Made by a program: the position numbers and the translations under genes | Source of the DNA: Cirrosporium novae-zelandiae | Lineage: Eukaryota | Length of the DNA: 22,740 nucleotides | Reading direction: 5' to 3' | Assembly (NCBI GenBank): GCA_026023565.1 | Contig: JAPETS010000027.1 | Span: 434,001 to 456,740 of the forward strand | The notes under the pieces: model-generated | Told to the model about the DNA's origin: nothing | The model's database searches: none | The model's input: only the letters and a program-made list of their open reading frames with translations | Shown here: positions 1-8,061 of the stretch, piece after piece | How positions within the stretch are numbered: position 1 is the stretch's first letter | Layout of the letters: each line of letters opens with the position of its first letter

Positions 1-66
1 CGAGTTCAATGGTGGTTACGAAAGCAGTTGAAGATGTTGAAAGTTGATGATACTCCGAGTCCATGA
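1..66 (+). CDS. Possible C-terminal end of an upstream plus-strand gene (truncated by the window edge)
   Basis: Frame 1 is open from base 1 (RVQWWLRKQLKMLKVDDTPSP*), converges on GTR1, and is followed by sequence resembling a 3' UTR. The other two frames are also briefly open, so neither frame nor identity is established. Confidence 0.25.
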   Translation, partial: RVQWWLRKQLKMLKVDDTPSP

Positions 67-436
67 GCCAAGTGACCCGGCTGAAGGGCAAGCGCGAGAT
101 CAAGACTGCTAAGCCGAACGTCTAACCATTTGCAGACTAGTCCGGTCTGACTGCTCCTAAGCAACATGCTATCATTCATGATGTTGCACTTGACTATCCG
201 ATGCAAGACATACTAATTACATCTATTGAATCCTTGAAAGCATAAGGCTCTATCCACTATAGCTATAACTATTCCACCTATCCCAATACAGAAGGGGTAT
301 CTACCTGAGTTAACTGAAAAATCTATGGGCAACCGAAACGCCATATGTCCTGGAGGAAAACCTTGGATGGAAATGAGGAAAAAAGCCCATCAGTACGTTG
401 TAAAAAGGAGCAAAAAGTTACCCCGCAAACTGTAAC

Positions 437-1558
437 CTATCCAGAATATTGGGATTCTTCCTCGGCATAAAACTCTCCACCTCTTCCAGCCTGCGCCCTT
501 TCTTTTCCTTTCCCCTTGTAGTTGCCACCCATGTCCTCTGCCTCCGTCTCCGTCTCCGGATCACGTTCGGCTGTTAAATCCATTTTGAGAAATTCTTCCC
601 TTAAACCCAAGACATTCAACATGGCCACATTAACCAGCGCCTCTCCCGGCTCTAAAACCACCATTATAAAAGTATTTTTTGTTAGCTGTGCAAGGATGAG
701 ATTGAATTTGGGTGTTTTGATGGTCATTTCCATTGGAGCCGCCTGAGCCTGACTGGCTCCCGTATGTTTTGCAATGGAATGTTTGAATGTCTTGATCATG
801 TTGGAGATACGCTCGAAACGATCACGGTTGGGATTACGTTCCCCGCGAGGTGAGGTGACGCAGGTAACCATAAGAAAGGTGGACCGCTCGAATAGTGCAA
901 CTTCATGAGCTTTCACGGTCCGTAGCAGAAGCGAGAGCATGCGCTCGATAATAGCAAGATTCGGGATCAAGGTATAGACGATCGAAGCCCACGCTTTGTA
1001 TAGAGTCTGGTCCCATATCGAGGTTGCATAGGTTGAAACAGTAAAGGGTACGGAATTTGACTGAATCAAGGAAGATCGTTCGGCGAAAAGGTCATGGCGA
1101 TGGTCAGGAAGAACTAGATCCATTTTATGAATCAAGCAGAAGACCTGTGCCCTGGGGGAATATTCTCCGAGGGCGGAAATAACGGCGGTGTATGTTACCA
1201 TGTCACGGTCAAACTCCCGAGATTCGATATCGAAAACGTAGATGAGAACTCCAACGTCAGAAAATATGTTGGCCCTCTGTGAAACGAGGTAGGTCTCCAT
1301 AAAGGCATCTTGCCTAGAATTTGGTGGTTAGCATGTAATTTTTAATTGGAAGCTTATATTTGCTTACCCTCCGCAATCCCAGATATTCAACGTCAGTGAG
1401 CCCATAAACTTCACGTGCGAATGCTCAACATCAATGGTGGCCCCCAATCGACGCGTGTCTTTAGCAACATAGTTGGCAAAGATGATGGAGCGCATCGAAC
1501 TTTTTCCAGAACCGCTCTTCCCCATCAATAAGAGCTTCGATTTCTTTTTTCGATCCAT
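437..1558 (-). CDS. GTR1: Rag family GTPase Gtr1/RagA (TORC1 amino-acid signalling), 2 coding exons, about 355 aa
   Basis: Exons 1558-1368 and 1313-437; intron 1367-1314 (GTAAGC...GCTAAC...TAG). The spliced protein reads [27 protein letters not shown] (P-loop), [13 protein letters not shown] (switch I), [13 protein letters not shown] (G3) and CLIHKMDL (G4), followed by a roadblock-like C-terminal domain (LFERSTFL...[13 protein letters not shown]). These are the diagnostic RagA/Gtr1 motifs. Confidence 0.96.
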
Positions 1559-1637
1559 TGCGGCAAGGTAGGGAATCTTGTTGGAAGCAGTAACTTTGAG
1601 ATCCAGCTGGCCTTTGTCAAGTACAGAAGGCAAAGTT

Positions 1638-1696
1638 CTGATGACCTTGGTTAGTGTTTAATAGAGGAAGTGTGGTGGAAAAGTTGCTGCACTGAC
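1638..1696 (-). other. Probable 5'-UTR intron of GTR1
   Basis: On the minus strand: GTCAGT donor (1696-1691), ACTAAC branch site and CAG acceptor (1640-1638). At 59 nt it matches the size of the other introns in the window. It lies 80 nt upstream of the GTR1 ATG. Confidence 0.6.
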
Positions 1697-2273
1697 CGCA
1701 AAAGACAAAAGTAGACTTGCCTTGCCTGTGAACACGAGATGTCATTTTCGGCTCCATGGCTATCCGCTTGGGTTGGAGATAAGATGTGGTCTGTGCTTCC
1801 CCATCACTAGCAACCCTTGTCCCGCTTTATAACCTCAACAACTTTTACTTGCTAGTAAAAAGTAAAGAGCTTCTCATCTTGACAGAATGCAAGCCACCTT
1901 TATAGCTCGACTTTTCACAGCCAAAAAACTAGTAGACCAGCTAGTCATTGCTGCATCTTAAATTGGCTTGCATGGCTCTAGCGCTAGAGGGGCATTTGAA
2001 CATTGAAGTTGATGGCTATCATTTTTTCTATTTAAGTTTTTGCTTTCATATCTCCTTCAAACTCACTATCAATTGAATATGAACATGAAGATAAAGCGTG
2101 GGGCTCCGAACAAAGTCAACCCGGTTATGCGTATAGGAATCATGAGGTTGCCCTGAAAAAAAAAAGCCCAGGGAAGGCACAATTATGGAAGATCTCTTGC
2201 AGTGTATCATTGACGCATACAGAAGCATCTTCTGCGGATATCTGTCAATCAAGAGCCCCTCCCTTAAGATTAC

Positions 2274-2355
2274 AGCAACTCATACGAGAAACCCTAGTAA
2301 ATTCTCCCGTAACAAGCAACTCATATGAAAAACCCTAGTGAAGTTTCCCGTAACA
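2274..2355. repeat. Tandem duplication, 2 x 41 bp
   Basis: agcaactcatacgagaaaccctagtaaattctcccgtaaca (2274-2314) and agcaactcatatgaaaaaccctagtgaagtttcccgtaaca (2315-2355); 36/41 identical. It lies downstream of the URC4 stop. Confidence 0.9.
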
Positions 2356-2557
2356 AGCTCCTCTCTTGCACCACCTAAATCGGCTCGTTCGTTGAAAAGA
2401 AAAGAAGAAAAAGAACGCCGAGCCCTAAGAGAGGAAAGGTCCCCAAGTCCAAAGGGGATAAAACCGGGATGGGTGAAAGTAACACAATACAAGTAACCGC
2501 TGTTTGGGAAGGTAAATCATAACGGCCGTCAATAGTAATGAGTCGTTCAAGGTTTCC

Positions 2558-4217
2558 CTAGAAGACCGTACCATCGGAAAATATCATAATTGGAGGCTCT
2601 TTGGTGTTTGGCCGTGAGACTTCGGCAACTTCACGTCCACCCTGTAAGAAAGATTAGTAAGATTGACATGAATTTGAGATTGTTCATGTGCTTGCCTTCC
2701 AAGTCCCTGCCTCCAACAGCTGTGCTAAAGAGAGTGATTCCTTGCCCTTCAAACCAAGTAGTCGATTGACCTCCGGAAGTAGTTCGTCTAGTAAGCTCAC
2801 TGTGAGAGCCCGCCACTCAACAATAACATCATCATCGGTATTAAACAAAGGAACAACCTCTATGGAGGGTTTCCCTGATTGACTATTTTTCTTAAAGTTT
2901 TCGATCCCACGTTTCATGTCATCAGGCTTGAGTGTGAGAAGACCAGTATCTATGAACAGACCACCATTTCTATATTCAGGTAACCCGGTAAGAAGTTCGC
3001 GACCGGCAAAATGGATATTGAGCAGTTTGGACATGGGAGTCATTAAAGAGTAGCATAACCATTGTGTCAGTTTGTGGAAAGGTACAATGTTCTCCCATGG
3101 CGCTGCGGGAGGCGATCTTGGCATTGAAGTGCATGGCCATGCGTCGCCAAGGGGAGTTCCATCGATCTGCGTGCGACTCGCAGGCCAAATACTCGAAAGT
3201 CCATCGATGAGCACAGACCAGAGGGTTGGAAGGGGTATGATTGGCACGGAAGAGGCCTGCGTTGATGGATGTGCCAGAAGATAATCTGTGGCTATCAGTA
3301 AAGTTTTTTTCCCTGGCGTATGAGACTTACCCAGCATATTTCCTGGCCTTGCATCCACCCCAAAGAGCTCCTGATTATTCAAAGCTGCACCCAACCTTTG
3401 AAGCAGCCCAGTCCTTCCTTCGAGTCCAGTTATTGGATTACGCTCTGAAACTTGTAATCCTTTCGCCAACTGATCGACGGTAAGTCTGGATAACGCTGCG
3501 CCGTCGACCTGACATGGTTCTGATGAGTGGCTGCTGAATAAGCCGGTCTTGAACATCTCAAGACTAGCGACGGCCAGACCTTCGCTTCGTCGATATATTC
3601 TCCCAGACTCTTTTGATTTGTATTCCCATGACCGTCCAGACCCAGCATCCAGGAGAACAGAGACGAGGAACAAATCAATCAGGCGGCGCGTACGCTCCTG
3701 AGCATCGACTGAAGATGGCCAAGATGTCAAGAGTTGATCAATACGTGGTCGGCCACCAACTTCGAAATGCTGCCAGCGACCATGAGGAGGTATGGACTTG
3801 TAATCGGGAGCATAATCTCGCTATGGCTGATAGTTAGAAAAAAGAACTTTGTTTTCGGAATTTCACATGTTTATTGAGGAATAATCATACCTTGATAATG
3901 GAAACAACATAGGTTGCAGTATCTTTGAATTTGGCCCAGTCGACATCAAAATGGTTCAATTGATTTGATTTTGCTTTTCGAAAGACCTGTCTTGACCTCT
4001 CTCTGACAGCATTGATGCTTCGAAGGTATCCAGCAGAGTCAAGGGTTGGATCAGGAGGTCTTGCGATAGCAACTTCGGGAATATTTACAGGAGTAGATGC
4101 CATGCCTCCAGACTTCATCGAAGGAACTGAACCTCGTGTGCTACTGGAATCTTTGGAGATGGCTTCAGGTTCATGTTGGGAGCTCTTGGAGCTCTTGTTG
4201 CGGCTGAATAGACCCAT
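2558..4217 (-). CDS. URC4: URC4/Urg3 family (DUF1688) uracil-catabolism protein, 4 exons, about 496 aa
   Basis: Exons 4217-3891, 3820-3331, 3285-2696 and 2641-2558. Introns are 3890-3821 (GT-AG), 3330-3286 (GT-AG, 45 nt) and 2695-2642 (GC-AG). Family motifs: YLRSINAVRERS, IPPHGRWQHFEVGG, DLFLVSVLLDAG, RSEGLAVASL, PFHKLTQWLCYSL, LTGLPEYRNGGLFID, IVEWRALTV, LEAGTWK|GGREVA and C-terminal SDGTVF*. Confidence 0.93.
2642..2695 (-). other. Non-canonical GC-AG spliceosomal intron (URC4 intron 3)
   Basis: The minus strand reads TGG AAG|GCAAGC...ACTAAT...TTACAG|GGT GGA CGT GAA. Splicing at the GC donor restores the conserved WKGGRE...SDGTVF* C-terminus. Confidence 0.88.
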
Positions 4218-4559
4218 TTTTTCTTCGCTTCGGCACCCCGCATTCACTTATCGATTGTTTCAAGGCAAGGGGTCGCAAGTCAAAAATGGAGATGAGGAAT
4301 GAAGCGGGCAGGTAGGATAGATATGAGAAATTCGAAAATGATGAAGTTGGAGAAATTAGAGAGATAAAGCGAATGTGTACAAGTAAGGTGATTGTAGTAA
4401 TTATTTTCTCTCAAGTTCAATTCAAAAGACTTATGGGGAATGGGGCGAGGAGAAATAGTGGCGGACAATGGGTCAAGGCTCGAACTCCAATTTGGGATGT
4501 TGAGTTTGGAGCTGTCGAAGGCATGTGTCAGCCGATAGGAGGAGGATAGAACCTAACTT

Positions 4560-4581
4560 GGGGGGGGGGGGGGGGGGGGGG
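4560..4581. repeat. Poly-G tract (G22)
   Basis: Run of 22 G read directly from the sequence. Confidence 0.95.
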
Positions 4582-4851
4582 AAGTAACAGTCTTGATAGT
4601 TCAAGATTTACCAGTGCTTTTCTTCACCTTGTTATAAAGATTGAAAAGATGTAAAAAAAAATAAAAATTAATAATGCGAAATAAATAAAGAAGCACATGA
4701 GATGAAGGAAGAGAGGGGAGATGAAGAGAGAAAAAGGAAGCTACATGTTATGTGTGTAGTCGAGTATGATCTATCTATTTCCGATGTAGGACTTTGCCAA
4801 TGACCGAAAGACCCATTGGGCGATATAGTCTAAGGTACAGTACAAGTTACT

Positions 4852-4886
4852 GGGGGGTGGGGGGGGGGGGGAGCTTGTTAATGTTA

Positions 4887-4917
<31 letters not shown>
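4852..4917. repeat. Poly-G (G6-T-G13) followed by a (TTG)10 microsatellite
   Basis: G tract at 4852-4871; (TTG)10 at 4888-4917. Confidence 0.95.
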
Positions 4918-4918
<1 letters not shown>

Positions 4919-5063
4919 ACGATGTAAAACTCATGTTGTTGAAATTAATCCTAGACTTAGTTAGGGATGTTTAGGTAGATTTCAGGATTGTTCAGGATTG
5001 ATCAAGGGTTTGTTCAAGAGGGAAAAAAGAGAAAGCCTTGTTTTCCTTACGGCGCAATTATCC

Positions 5064-5093
5064 CTGAAAGGCTCTGAAAGGCTCTGAAAGGCT
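5064..5093. repeat. Tandem repeat (CTGAAAGGCT)x3
   Basis: Three perfect 10-bp copies. Confidence 0.9.
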
Positions 5094-5255
5094 AGGTGCC
5101 TAGGTAAAAAAGAAAGCCTTCGAAGGGGAACCACAAGGAAAAAGCAAAGTGGGAACCAAAGGATGCGCCGTCCATCCCAGGGCCATCCCATGCCAGTTCC
5201 AACCCAGATGCCGGGGGGCCGTGGACCGGTCTTTGTTGGTCCGTTCCATAATGAA

Positions 5256-5378
5256 GACCCTAGCTGGACCCTAGTTGGACCCTAGTGTTGCCCCAAGTGT
5301 GCCCAAGTGTGCCCTAGTGTGCCCTAGTGTGCCCTAACATAGTCTAACAGACCCTAACTGTGCCCTAAGGTACCCTAG
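5256..5378. repeat. Degenerate 10-12-bp minisatellite with a CCCTA(G/A) core, about 12 units
   Basis: gaccctagctg gaccctagttg gaccctagtgtt gccccaagtgt gcccaagtgt gccctagtgt gccctagtgt gccctaacat ... gaccctaactgt gccctaagg taccctag. Confidence 0.85.
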
Positions 5379-8061
5379 AAAGCTTTTAGTGAAAAGTCTT
5401 TGATCAAGCCATGTCAGGTACCGACCGGATCACCCACCACACTTGGAGAAAAGAAATCAACCACCCTGAACCAAATGAAAGGAAAATGGACGAACCACCG
5501 TAAAATACTTGAGAATGGCTGAATTCGGCTTAAGTGGGCTTGATTCGGCTTGACGAGAAAAAGGTCCTCTGCGCGTATTAGGGCCTATTGCCTTACCTCT
5601 TGATTGAACTGACTGTCATCCAGGTGCTTTTGGAGGGTCACTTTGATGGCTAAAGTTGGAGAGAGAAAGAGAAATAGAACAGCTTCAACTCCAACTTCAA
5701 CTTCAACTTCTTACAGCAACTATCAAGTTAAACCTGAAAGAGAAAAAAAAAATTGAAAACAAAAAAGGTCTGGAATTATTGGACCAACCCCCCCCCTCCC
5801 TCCCTCCCTCCCTCTCTTCCTCTCCTTCTCCTTCCAGCCAACCCTCTTCTTTCTGGAATGAATTAGCTAATTAATTATTGGTTATTTGTTTGGATCGATT
5901 AAAATCCCTCCAATGGGTTCTTGGGTCATTTCCAATTACATGTTATTTTTATTTTATTTAATTATACTTACCTACTTTACCCATCTTGATCTACGTTGGC
6001 CCAAGTCCCAAGTGTGAAATATGAATAAGGATGAATGCTCACCGGAAGGTCCCTGCGTTGCACCAAAAGAGTAGCAATGGACGCACCTACGGCACCACCA
6101 ACGCACCCACCAAGGGCACCACCACCAGGGTTGATCTCCCATGGTCATCTCCCAGCAAAATGGGCACCACGGCTCGGGTCGACCTAAGAAAGGGGGGTAT
6201 CGGACCAACGGGTGGACCGCGGTATTTCCTCAACCTACGGGTCCGTGCCATCAAAGACAACCCTAGGCTACAACGAACACACCGGAAATCTTCACCAGGT
6301 ACCTCCCATATGTACACTTTTTATGAAACAGACATATTGTAGATACATGTAACTTCACCAAGGGATCAAATCAGAGGAGAAAAGGAAATAAAGGAAATAG
6401 TGGAATTTGTGCAGCCAACCCGAGGTTACATTATCTGCTTTATGCAAGAAATCCGATTGAGCCAACCAATCACAAGCCAAGAATTACAGCCGTCGAAGAT
6501 TTAGAGAGAAAAAAAGAGCTTTTAGGATCGCGGCTATGGTTTTTAGTATAGATTACACATAATTTCCTTATTGGTGCTGGACATAACGCACAATTACAGT
6601 TTCAACACTCGGGGAACTGGTTGGTCTGTTAGGGGACACGGGGAAGCTCGGAAAGTCAAACCAAGACAGTCGAGTGGAAAGCATTTAAAAGATGTGGGAT
6701 CGACGGTCACTAACACGGCTCCGTTGGTTTGAGACTTTTGGGAATCTCATCGAAGATCGGCCTGTTGACTGTTGAAATTTTGTGAAATCAATTTGTGGAA
6801 AAAAAGGGGTAAACCTTTTTTCACTACACTTTATACTCTCTGCTATTGAATGAGTGATAGTGGAGTTATGAAATTAATTTGCATTACTCAATTGATTAAC
6901 CGATATGACTTTGATTGATAGGTAAACGCCTTCTTGTCGCGTCACATTTTTAGAAATTGTTATAAATACGAACAGGGTCGTAGACAGCCGCCGATGAACC
7001 AGAGCAACTGCCGCTTTAGGAGAAGCCGTACCTGAAAACTTCCAAACAGAGGAAACAAAACAGTGCGCTACATTTAACTACATTTAATATGCGGCAGAAG
7101 ACTCGAACCGCAGGCCCGAAAACAGCAGCTCGTAAGAAGGAAAGAAACGGAAGATTGCCGGCAAGTGGGTCCGTGTCCTTCAGGTTTACCTTACTTGAGT
7201 AGGCTTTTTCCACGGCCCCCGGCATCATCCAAGACGTTCTTTCGTTGTCACATCCGCGCACTCCAACCGAGGAACATTTTCTGATGTACAAGATAGTATC
7301 TTTGTTAGAGTCAAAGGGTCAAAGGCCCGATAATATTATTAATAACAAAAACTATTGCCAAATTCTTGAATATCATTTTTTTGACCAACTTCAGCAGAGT
7401 GAGTGAGTATACTCGGAGTAGTAGTCCATGCTGATTGTCCCCGTCAGCAGATCCCAGCGCTTAGATAATTGCGCTTCCATTCATCCCAGAATGGCAAGGA
7501 ATTCAATATTATAACAAACCTAGAACCCATGAACGTTTCTAGGCAATGAAAATCATTGAAAAGACGATGATCTCCCGTTTTCCATTTTCTCCCCTTCGTA
7601 GCAAAAGGTAATTACCTCTCTCTAAGAACTGCCCGAGAAGGATTGAATTGACCTTTGTCAATGATGATTGGAGAACGCGTATGATTGTTTTCTCAATCAG
7701 AGCCCAACCGATCCAGAAAAGATCCAGTTTGATCGTCGTCACCAAAGATTAGATAGTCTACATCTTTGTAGCAGTTGTACTGGGTACAGGTTTCAGTAGC
7801 ACGTGAGTCTTCACTCACTCGATCGTTTACTGCTCCGGCGGGGTGGGGCCTAAGGCTTCAATCCATGTTGCCAAGCACCGCCAAGGCCAGTCAAACATTA
7901 ACAAACTTACCATTTTGGGAATCCCATACCTGGACCGTTACAACTTACCTCATCCATGGTAAACTGGTTACTGACCGATTCGAATTATTGTCTATATGCA
8001 GCACAACAGCTGACATGACCAGCCATAGAATTTGCAGGTCTAGTATTCACCTCTCTTGACT

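Noticed and set aside
5256..5378. CRISPR array or telomere/telomerase-RNA template
   Set aside because: The units are only 10-12 bp and directly adjacent, with no unique spacers and no cas genes, and the DNA is eukaryotic. There is no tandem (CCCTAA)n, and I found no TAACCCTAA 1.5-repeat template.
7085..7135. tRNA gene suggested by GGTTCGAGTC on the minus strand
   Set aside because: No proper T-stem, anticodon arm, acceptor stem or A box can be built around it.
4218..8061. Expected URC1/urg1 (GTP cyclohydrolase II-like) and urg2 (UPRTase) partners of a uracil-catabolism cluster next to URC4
   Set aside because: No such motifs are recognisable in any ORF or by reading the spacer. URC4 is flanked by GTR1 and SWA2 here.
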